A DNA stretch of 64,000 nt, taken from assembly GCF_006345805.1 (NCBI RefSeq), contig NC_043001.1, forward strand, positions 6,324,001-6,388,000. Reading direction: 5' to 3'. Position numbers and translations under genes: made by a program. Source of the stretch: Octopus sinensis (lineage: Eukaryota). This document shows, piece after piece, positions 53,052 to 64,000 of the stretch (the stretch's first letter is position 1; each line of letters starts with the position of its first letter). Below the pieces are notes generated by a model. The model did not search any database. It was not told where the DNA came from and was given only the letters and a program-made list of their open reading frames with translations.

Positions 53052-54127
53052 GAGAGAGTGGGGGAGCACGGTTTATTCGTGATCAGAGTTAATACTGTGA
53101 TCAGAGATAACACTATATTTCGATGAAAACTACAAAAGTTTCCTAATCAAAATACTACAATTAAACGATTCTAATATGTTGATTTGTTTTATAACATGTA
53201 TTTAGTGATTAGTTTTGTTTTATCTAAGTATAAATCATAGTTTCCGTGCTGTGAATATATGAATAATAAGTTTATTTTTTCTTTGTCATATACGTCTGAA
53301 ATAAACTATTTACATAGTAAATTATTGTATTAAAATCAATCTTTCTAAATCGTTTATTAGTCGTATTGTTAGGATAAAAGGTAGTCATATAATCATATCA
53401 AAGGGAAAGGGTATCAATTATTGATTTTCCTAGAATCTATATTCCATATTTTGATAATATAACATATGTTGTAACAGTTCGAAACAACCAGTTTGAAATC
53501 CTCTCTTCAAAATATTATATTCCCTGACAGTTTAAACCATGCATCAAGATTAGATACACAAATGCAATAGATAACATACACAATATTTCATGTTCCATTT
53601 CGTCTGGTAGAAATTTGATATTGAAAATTATATCAAATATTTGAAATTAGCAAAAAAAAAAATCATTAATCCACTGTATTATTAATTAAACATTATATTA
53701 TTAAATTAAATCCATAAAACATGCAAACATAATATTTCATATATTATCGATGCGAACAGACTTCAAATATAACATAACATATATTAATATTTAAATATAA
53801 TATGACATGTATAAACATCATGCGTAAACTAACAACATAAAACAAATTATTTTGAAAGTGTTAATGTAAATGGAAACTAATATTATTTAATTAGACGGAA
53901 GGAATGTAAGTATAGATAGATATATACAAATATATATATATATGTGTGTGTGTGTATATATATATATGTGTGGGTGGGTGAGAGAGAGATTAAGCCCATA
54001 ACATACACAATGTTAAATGAAATATATTATAAAGTTGATATATACAAATATAAGCATATTTAATTCCCTCTATGTGAGATGCGCATACATACACACACAC
54101 ACAGATATTTGTATATAATACAGACAC

Positions 54128-54193
<66 letters not shown>

Positions 54194-55080
54194 CAGAGAG
54201 AGAGTGGGGGAGCACGGTTTATTCGTGATCAGAGTTAATACTGTGATCAGAGATAACACTATATTTCGATGAAAACTACAAAAGTTTCCTAATCAAAATA
54301 CTACAATTAAACGATTCTAATATGTTGATTTGTTTTATAACATGTATTTAGTGATTAGTTTTGTTTTATCTAAGTATAAATCATAGTTTCCGTGCTGTGA
54401 ATATATGAATAATAAGTTTATTTTTTCTTTGTCATATACGTCTGAAATAAACTATTTACATAGTAAATTATTGTATTAAAATCAATCTTTCTAAATCGTT
54501 TATTAGTCGTATTGTTAGGATAAAAGGTAGTCATATAATCATATCAAAGGGAAAGGGTATCAATTATTGATTTTCCTAGAATCTATATTCCATATTTTGA
54601 TAATATAACATATGTTGTAACAGTTCGAAACAACCAGTTTGAAATCCTCTCTTCAAAATATTATATTCCCTGACAGTTTAAACCATGCATCAAGATTAGA
54701 TACACAAATGCAATAGATAACATACACAATATTTCATGTTCCATTTCGTCTGGTAGAAATTTGATATTTGAAAATTATATCAAATATTTGAAATTAGCAA
54801 AAAAAAAAAATCATTAATCCACTGTATTATTAAATTAAACATTATATTATTAAATTAAATCCATAAAACATGCAAACATAATATTTCATATATTATCGAT
54901 GCGAACAGACTTCAAATATAACATAACATATATTAAATATTTAAATATAATATGACATGTATAAAACATCATGCGTAAACTAACAACATAAAACAAATTA
55001 TTTTGAAAGTGTTAATGTAAATGGAAACTAATATTATTTAATTAGACGGAAGGAATGTATGTATAGATAGATATATACAA

Positions 55081-55112
<32 letters not shown>

Positions 55113-55285
55113 ATATATATATATGTGTGGGTGGGTGAGAGAGAGATTAAGCCCATAACATACACAAAGTTAAATGAAATATATTATAAAGTTGATATAT
55201 ACAAATATAAGCATATTTAATTCCCTCTATGTGAGATGCGCATACATACACACACACACAGATATTTGTATATAAATACAGACAC

Positions 55286-55336
<51 letters not shown>

Positions 55337-55340
55337 ATAT
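53047..55340. repeat. Near-identical tandem duplication, unit ~1146 bp, TA-bounded
   Basis: CAGAGAGAGAGTGGGGGAGCACGG begins at 53047 and 54193. Confidence 0.95.
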
Positions 55341-55515
55341 ACACAAAATAATAGTTATCGCCATACTAATATGGCATTCTTATAAAAATAAGAAAAAGCT
55401 GTCCGCTTATTAGCTCCATGAGGCCATCGCCTTAAGTTAGCTATTTGATACACAAACTGTATCCATATAACCTTCGAACAAGGGAGGTCAGTCGCTCCAC
55501 ACTACTTGACTGGCA

Positions 55516-55557
55516 GCTACAGACGCGTTTCGGAGTATTGCCCCTTTTCAATGCAGC
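55516..55557 (-). ncRNA. Minimal type I hammerhead ribozyme, U3-A8 core variant
   Basis: GCUGCA-UUGAAAA-GGGG(CAAUA)CUCC-GAAA-CGCG-UC-UGUAGC. Confidence 0.8.
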
Positions 55558-56047
55558 GTAGCCAGCCAGTAGGTGTCGCTTCCGACAATCTCTGTTCGAT
55601 GGTTTTATTTACCTAGTTTCGGTGGAATACATCCACTTGTTTTCAATAATAGAAATATTAAAATAACTAAGTCTCTCTAAAAGAGAACAGCGGCAGCGTT
55701 CCCGGAAAATAATAGTTATCGCCATACTAATATGGCATTCTTATAAAAATAAGAAAAAAGCTTGTTCGAAGGTTATATGGATACAGTTTGTGTATCAAAT
55801 AGCTAACTTAAGGCGATGGCCTCATGGAGCTAATAAGCGGACAGCTTTTTTCTTATTTTTATAAGAATGCCATATTAGTATGGCGATAACTATTATTTTC
55901 CGGGAACGCTGCCGCTGTTCTCTTTTAGAGAGACTTAGTTATTCTAATATTTCTATTATTGAAAACAAGTGGATGTATTCCACCGAAACTAGGTAAATAA
56001 AACCATCGAACAGAGATTGTCGGAAGCGACACCTACTGGCTGGCTAC

Positions 56048-56089
56048 GCTGCATTGAAAAGGGGCAATACTCCGAAGCGCGTCTGTAGC
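56048..56089 (+). ncRNA. Same hammerhead with A15.1-to-G change
   Basis: Reads GAAG-CGCG-UC instead of GAAA-CGCG-UC. Confidence 0.7.
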
Positions 56090-56409
56090 TGCCGGTCAAG
56101 TAGTGTGGAGCGACTGACCTCCCTTGTTCGAAGGTTATATGGATACAGTTTGTGTATCAAATAGCTAACTTAAGGCGATGGCCTCATGGAGCTAATAAGC
56201 GGACAGCTTTTTTCTTATTTTTATAAGAATGCCATATTAGTATGGCGATAACTATTATTTTCCGGGAACGCTGCCGCTGTTCTCTTTTAGAGAGACTTAG
56301 TTATTCTAATATTTCTATTATTGAAAACAAGTGGATGTATTCCACCGAAACTAGGTAAATAAAACCATCGAACAGAGATTGTCGGAAGCGACACCTACTG
56401 GCTGGCTAC

Positions 56410-56451
56410 GCTGCATTGAAAAGGGGCAATACTCCGAAGCGCGTCTGTAGC
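56410..56451 (+). ncRNA. Same hammerhead with A15.1-to-G change
   Basis: Identical to 56048-56089. Confidence 0.7.
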
Positions 56452-56693
56452 TGCCGGTCAAGTAGTGTGGAGCGACTGACCTCCCTTGTTCGAAGGTTAT
56501 ATGGATACAGTTTGTGTATCAAATAGCTAACTTAAGGCGATGGCCTCATGGAGCTAATAAGCGGACAGCTTTTTTCTTATTTTTATAAGAATGCCATATT
56601 AGTATGGCGATAACTATTATTTTCCGGGAACGCTGCCGCTGTTCTCTTTTAGAGAGACTTAGTTATTTTAATATTTCTATTATATATACACAC

Positions 56694-56719
<26 letters not shown>

Positions 56720-56724
<5 letters not shown>

Positions 56725-58295
56725 GTATATAGATATATACAATTATATATATACGTATATATGTATGTATCGTGTACGCATTCATGCCTATGTAGACACA
56801 TATTGCACATATTTTGGCCGAATTAATATAAAAGTTGTTCAGAATTATAATTTTCAGTCATCATAAAAGCGATGACATAATGCATTTGTAGATTTTCCTA
56901 TTAATTTCCCGCCAAAGAGACATTGAAATATACCTTCACGCTTCGGGCTGAGGAACTTCACCAGCAGCAAAAGCAAACAATAAACACGAATAAAGTAATT
57001 ATTAAGAAGTTTCACACCATGCCCCCCTCCATAACACCGTTCCGAATCAGCAGGTTTTTGAAAGAATAAAATCGGTGAGCAGATTCCATTTAGAATGGTC
57101 CACGACTTCTGTGTTAGAGTTATCTCTTTTGGAAAACGACATACAGGAAGGGTGAACTCTGCTAACACTTAGACTTCTTGTATGTCGATTTCCAAAAGCT
57201 CCTACAATTTCTTGATGAACAAATCTTCTGGACCAAATACTACTGGAAACCAAACTCTATGACACAATTTCTGCCTAAAACTGAAATATCACTTTAGCTA
57301 TGAAGTTAGTGCAGACTTCATTCAGTTCGACATATGTAATCAAAAAGACAATGCATCCAGTGTTGCGTTTTTGTAATACTTATAGCTTATTGCTTCATTC
57401 GAGACTATAGTATTTATGTGATCTGATAGTCTTTAAATAATAAATGGGTGTTTGTTGAACAATGGTATAGATGTTAACCGTTGTTTAGAGAAGTATAACA
57501 CCAGATTTTAAGTGTTTCCACACTGAAATCATGAACTAAGAGACTCCTTAATCGAAAAGGAATAATCCTTCTATGATAACCTTTAAAACACTTGTGTATC
57601 TGTGTCCGGATTTAGTTTTCACAGTGTTGCTGCATTTGAACACCTATTTCATGCTTTACCCATTATTTTTTCTGAAAACTATATCTATTTTCGAAATGAT
57701 AATAACATTTCTCTTCTAGTTTATCTTTCCCATTATTGTCTTGCCTAGTTAAATATGTTTAGCAAAAAGACTGACTCTTTCTGATAAGAATTAGATATTT
57801 TTCTTTCCAAATAATCTTTCGAGTGTAAATTCTAATTTGAATCAATCAGTTACAATTTAAGTGGGACAAAAAAGATTGGCACATCTCCATTTATGTATTC
57901 ACACATAGGAGATAGAATATTTTTTGCGCAGAATAATATTTTCATGTCTCTTTTGATTTTTGCAAGATTATATTCAATTATACCCTGTTATTCTGTTCCA
58001 AAATTAAATTTCCTAAGTATGGTTTTATGGTATAATATGTTTTCAGAAATGCATATCTCACAAAACAATATATGTTGTTTATTTCAAGAAAAATAAAACG
58101 TGTCTGTTTTCAGAAAACAGAGAGCAATTAGCGAAAGTCGAAGATTTTAACATACTATCGGTGACTACATTTTATCTGCAAACATAAAAAATAGGGAAAA
58201 ATCAAAATGTAGTATCTATATATTTTACTCATAAGTAAATTTATCTGCAACAAATTTTATATTCGTCTACAGATGCAAATCATTTGAGAAGTGTC

Positions 58296-58337
<42 letters not shown>

Positions 58338-59909
58338 AGTATATAGATATATACAATTATATATATACGTATATATGTATGTATCGTGTACGCATTCATG
58401 CCTATGTAGACACATATTGCACATATTTTGGCCGAATTAATATAAAAGTTGTTCAGAATTATAATTTTCAGTCATCATAAAAGCGATGACATAATGCATT
58501 TGTAGATTTTCCTATTAATTTCCCGCCAAAGAGACATTGAAATATACCTTCACGCTTCGGGCTGAGGAACTTCACCAGCAGCAAAAGCAAACAATAAACA
58601 CGAATAAAGTAATTATTAAGAAGTTTCACACCATGCCCCCCTCCATAACACCGTTCCGAATCAGCAGGTTTTTGAAAGAATAAAATCGGTGAGCAGATTC
58701 CATTTAGAATGGTCCACGACTTCTGTGTTAGAGTTATCTCTTTTGGAAAACGACATACAGGAAGGGTGAACTCTGCTAACACTTAGACTTCTTGTATGTC
58801 GATTTCCAAAAGCTCCTACAATTTCTTGATGAACAAATCTTCTGGACCAAATACTACTGGAAACCAAACTCTATGACACAATTTCTGCCTAAAACTGAAA
58901 TATCACTTTAGCTATGAAGTTAGTGCAGACTTCATTCAGTTCGACATATGTAATCAAAAAGACAATGCATCCAGTGTTGCGTTTTTGTAATACTTAGAGC
59001 TTATTGCTTCATTCGAGACTATAGTATTTATGTGATCTGATAGTCTTTAAATAATAAATGGGTGTTTGTTGAACAATGGTATAGATGTTAACCGTTGTTT
59101 AGAGAAGTATAACACCAGATTTTAAGGGTTTCCACACTGAAATCATGAACTAAGAGACTCCTTAATCGAAAAGGAATAATCCTTCTATGATAACCTTTAA
59201 AACACTTGTGTATCTGTGTCCGGATTTAGTTTTCACAGTGTTGCTGCATTTGAACACCTATTTCATGCTTTACCCATTATTTTTTCTGAAAACTATATCT
59301 ATTTTCGAAATGATAATAACATTTCTCTTCTAGTTTATCTTTCCCATTATTGTCTTGCCTAGTTAAATATGTTTAGCAAAAAGACTGACTCTTTCTGATA
59401 AGAATTAGATATTTTTCTTTCCAAATAATCTTTCGAGTGTAAATTCTAATTTGAATCAATCAGTTACAATTTAAGTGGGACAAAAAAGATTGGCACATCT
59501 CCATTTATGTATTCACACATAGGAGATAGAATATTTTTTGCGCAGAATAATATTTTCATGTCTCTTTTGATTTTTGCAAGATTATATTCAATTATACCCT
59601 GTTATTCTGTTCCAAAATTAAATTTCCTAAGTATGGTTTTATGGTATAATATGTTTTCAGAAATGCATATCTCACAAAACAATATATGTTGTTTATTTCA
59701 AGAAAAATAAAACGTGTCTGTTTTCAGAAAACAGAGAGCAATTAGCGAAAGTCGAAGATTTTAACATACTATCGGTGACTACATTTTATCTGCAAACATA
59801 AAAAATAGGGAAAAATCAAAATGTAGTATCTATATATTTTACTCATAAGTAAATTTATCTGCAACAAATTTTATATTCGTCTACAGATGCAAATCATTTG
59901 AGAAGTGTC

Positions 59910-59915
<6 letters not shown>
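56720..59915. repeat. Near-identical tandem duplication, unit 1614 bp, TA-bounded
   Basis: Identical ORFs offset by 1614 bp (56854/58468, 57893/59507). Confidence 0.96.
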
Positions 59916-59995
<80 letters not shown>

Positions 59996-60307
59996 TGTGT
60001 GTGTGTATGTGTGTGTGGGAGGGCGAGAGAGTGTATTTATGTACGATTGCATATATCTATATATCTATCTCTCTAACGGCCCCTTTCTATATTTCTCTCT
60101 TTCTCTTTCTCGATATATATATATATCATGTTTAAAATGGTTTAACGAAAGCGTTCACATACTAGTAAAAAATACCTCCCAAGAAATGTTAGTAACATCC
60201 GCACTTCAGATTACATCTCATAAATAAAATACCTTTTTTAAAAGATCACCTTTACACTTCAAAACTGTATCAAGTAATCCACATAGACTTTTTATATATA
60301 TATACAT

Positions 60308-60408
<101 letters not shown>

Positions 60409-60427
60409 TGTACGTATGTATGTATGT

Positions 60428-61370
60428 GGAAAATGTCAAAATAGAAGATACTAAAATAATTTTATTAAAAATATTCCAGTTCCGATTACAGTTATTGAGA
60501 TTTTTCAACTATAAGTATGGAAAATAATTAAATTTTGGATTTAAAGATTTTAAAAGAATATTTGAATAGTATTCAAATACAAGTGGCATTTTCCTTGTTT
60601 CTGCCTGTTTCTGTCTCTCTTGTCAACACTTGTGGGTTCGAGGTCGTTGTGAATTCCTGGCAGGGAAGAAGAAGAAGAAGAGAAGAAGAAGAAGAGAAGA
60701 AGAAGAAGAGAAGAAGAAGAAGAAGAAGAAGAAGAAGAAAAAGAAGAAGAAGAAAAAGAAGAAGAAGAAAAAGAAGAAGAAGAAGAAGAAGAAGAAGAAG
60801 ATGAAGAAGAAAAAGAAGAAGAAGAAGAAGAAGGAGGAGGAGTAGGAGGAGAAGACGAAGAATGCGGGAGTGCCATGATAATAGTAGGATTTTAAATGGT
60901 CAAGTGCCCTGAAAGTGATCTGTTGTGGATGATGGTAATGATTGAATGCAAATTTTATAAACAAAGCATTCAAAAGAGATGTTTCAGGAATTCAATCACT
61001 ACTACCATCCACAACAAGGCATTTTTAAGGCACTTGACCTTTTAATATCCTACTACTATCATGGCACACCTGCATTCTTATTCTCCTCCTCCCCCTTCTT
61101 TTTCTTCTTCCTCTTCTTCCCTGCGAAGAATTCACAATGACCTCGAAACGACAAGAAAATAAACAAGAGAGACAGAGGCAGGCAGAAACAAGGAAAATGC
61201 CCCTTGTATTTGAAAACTATACAAATATTCTTTTAAAAAACTTTTCTTTCATTTTTTCCAAAATTTAATTGTTTTCCATACTTACAGTTGAAAAACTCTC
61301 AATGACTGAAACCGGTACCGAAATGATTTTTATAAAATCATTTTAGCATTTTCTACCTTGAATTTTTCCA
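60428..61370. mobile_element. ~940-bp fold-back (MITE/Foldback-like) with (GAA)n in its arms
   Basis: 60428-60947 is a diverged reverse complement of 60990-61370; ends GGAAAA / TTTTCC. Confidence 0.85.
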
Positions 61371-61578
61371 TATATATCAACTCGTGTGTTCCTTTCCAGC
61401 CTTCTACACACACACACACATACACACACACACACACCACACACACACACACATATATATACATGCATACATACATTCATGTTTCATACTCAATTATATT
61501 AATATTCTTCGTGATAGGGAAACTTTCCTATAGTATTCTTCTCCATATAATATTTCCCGCTGACGCGATCTGCAAAAG

Positions 61579-61580
<2 letters not shown>

Positions 61581-61619
<39 letters not shown>

Positions 61620-61970
61620 TAATAATAACAATAATAACAACAACAACAACAACATCAATAACAATAACAGTAACAATAACAATAACAATAAAAATACTAC
61701 TACTACTACTACTACTACTAATAATAATAATAATAATAATAATAAAATAATAATAATAATAATAATAATAACAACAACTACAACAACAACAACAACAACA
61801 ACAACAAGGAGAAGAAGAAGAAGAAGTAGAAGAAGAAGAAGAAGAAGAAGAAGAAGATGAAGAAGAAGATGAAGAAGAAGATGAAGAAGAAGATAAAGAA
61901 GAAGAAGAAGAAGAAGAAGAAGAAGAAGAAGAAGAAGAAGAAGAGAAGAAGAAGAAGAAGAAGAAGAAGA
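61581..61970. repeat. Compound (TAA)/(CAA)/(CTA)/(GAA) microsatellite
   Basis: Directly visible. Confidence 0.97.
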
Positions 61971-62459
61971 ATATGTATATATCGGATGGAGATGGCACTC
62001 ACCATTGCTGCGGTATGTGAAAATGTAAGATTCATTTGTGCCTCATTGGACGTTTCGCATTGGACGTTTCGCCTTCATCAGTTATCCTGGGGAAATTTCC
62101 TACCTGAGTTCTCATTCCTGAGGCATTTTTTAGATATTATTATTATTATTATTATTAATATGTTTATCATTATTCAGGTCACTGCCTGAATCGCAATCGG
62201 AATCTTAGTGTTAGCATCCCGCTCCCTTAACCACTACGCCATACTTTGTTTAAGTTTGGTGATTAGATTTCTTATAGTCTGCCCAAAATGCCACATTTCA
62301 TGATGCCTTTTGTCCTTTTCATCACGATCCTACCACTGAAATTCTTCGAAACTAATTACTCGATGGAAGTGAAAACAGCGGACGTGCAAACCCAATGCCT
62401 CACAATCACACACATACAAGTATATATATATATATAATATATATATTATATATATATAT

Positions 62460-62558
<99 letters not shown>

Positions 62559-63424
62559 GTGTGACTAGATGTGTATACCATTTTGAGTCAAAGTATGTGT
62601 GTACGTATTTAAAATTCTCCTTGATTGAAGCACTCGTTTGAAGCAGTATGATAACTTCGTTTTACTTATCTCTTTATTCTCGTTCTGCGTTTGAACCTAA
62701 AGCATGCTTTATCTCTCATTTTTAATGCGATATAATTGCTTTCATAATTATGATTGCAGTACGTGTTTTTTAAAACAGTTTATTAGGAAGATGAACTTCA
62801 TGGTTTTCATCTAATGCCAGATTCGTGAAGCTTCTCTGTATCATACAGTAGGGAGTTGTAGTGAGTCATATGCAAAGATGTAAAATCTATGAATTTAAAT
62901 GGCATTGAATACAAGAACAGACACGTTCCAATAAATTTGTGATAGACACGAAATACAGTTATAGAATGTTGAGATATATACGCATTTGTTTGTGTGTCTG
63001 TTATGTGTGTACATGCGTTTGTGTGTAAAATTGGGGAAAAGGACTCTATTCACATTTCATACTGTCTATTATAGTTATTGAAGTTGTACTACAGCTATCA
63101 TACACTGAACTGTTTCCGAAATATTTATACGGCTGCGGCCTGTTATTCATAGAAGCTGTCGGTAAATTCAATTATATATTATGTTGTAAATCTAGAGGAA
63201 AAAAAAAGTATGATGGCGTTGATAGACATGCGCAACTACATAACACAAAGTACGTTAATATTCAGTCCTGTAGAGACGAAGGTAATAAAATAGAAGCAAA
63301 TTACGCTGAATATGAAGTGGATGCTAGTAGCAAAAGGAATATCAAATATATTGTGATACGCACCACGTCTGGGAAGCCAGTTATCTGCTAAGCGAAATAT
63401 ATAATGATATTAGTGAGCTGTAGA

Positions 63425-63786
63425 AGGCGGTAAGCTAGCAGAATCGTCAGTACGGTGCTTACTGTGCTTAGCGGCATTTCATCCTTGTGTTCACATTGAG
63501 TTCCCATTCTGCTGAGGATTTGCATTTAAAAGATTCGTGGTTGATAATAAATACCTATTTCTTTACTACCCACAAGGGGCTAAACAGAGAGGGGACAAAC
63601 AAAGACAGACAAACGGAAAAAGTCGATTACATCAACTCCAGTGCGTAACTGGTACTTAATTTATCGACCCCTAAAGGATGAAAGGCAAAGTCGAGCTCGG
63701 TGGAATTTGAACTCAGAGCGTAACGGCAGGCGAAATACCGCTGAGCATTTCGCCCGGCGTGCTGACGTTTCTACCAGCTCACCGCC
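63425..63786. mobile_element. Two convergent SINE family 2 copies (+ 63425-63550, - 63550-63786)
   Basis: GGCGGTAAGCTAGCAGAATCG head on the plus strand; full reverse-complement copy on the minus strand. Confidence 0.85.
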
Positions 63787-64000
63787 TTATGGCTGATAAT
63801 AAATACCAATTGAGCACTCACTAACCCGAAATTGCTGACATTGTTCCCGAATTTCAAAGCGATGTTGCCGAGCTGTTTCTATGGTTACGATGTGCCATTT
63901 ATATTTGTCTGATTCAGAGCGATATTGTAGTCAGTGTTGTTTTATACAAAGATGAATTCTGGTTTCCACAATTTGTTCTGAAAAAAAAGCGAGCTTTCTA

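Larger units (their letters stand above)
55345..56682. mobile_element. Retrozyme-like / Penelope-pLTR-like 362-bp repeats: ~1.15 units (-) joined head-to-head to ~2.5 units (+) (family D)
   Basis: CTTGTTCGAAGG at 55761, 56123 and 56485 (period 362); inversion junction at ~55761; one hammerhead per unit; TA tracts on both sides. Confidence 0.85.

Noticed and set aside
56854-57253. Duplicated ORFs as a host gene or RT remnant
   Set aside because: No recognisable domain; identity simply follows the duplication; NQQVF/VDFQK similarity to RT motifs is too weak.
62045-62085. CUGAUGA...GAAACGUC on the minus strand
   Set aside because: Disrupted by a 14-bp duplication (CATTGGACGTTTCG); helices I and II are unconvincing, though a decayed hammerhead is possible.

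Overview
AT-rich, microsatellite-saturated eukaryotic DNA. The SINE families look like those I recall from octopus/cephalopod genomes; this is recognition, not a database result. I find no credible host gene exon, and nearly all ORFs in the track are microsatellite artefacts. The window is a transposon graveyard: four tRNA-type SINE families, decayed Tc1/mariner, RTE and R4/Dong-like LINE fragments, Helitron/Helentron-type non-autonomous elements, fold-backs and two near-identical tandem duplications. Two structures stand out. (1) Several unrelated non-coding elements sit in (TA)n tracts and carry minimal type I hammerhead ribozyme motifs. Two loci (24.8-25.5 kb and 55.3-56.7 kb) are head-to-head pairs of circularly permuted units, i.e. 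retrozyme/Penelope-pLTR-like, and one has a compensatory U3-A8 catalytic core. (2) A nested stack at 36.7-42.6 kb: a Tc1/mariner remnant interrupted by a Helitron-like element, which carries a ~4.3-kb 34-bp minisatellite matching an internal SINE segment plus a fold-back RTE fragment. Coordinates were read by eye and may be off by a few bases.
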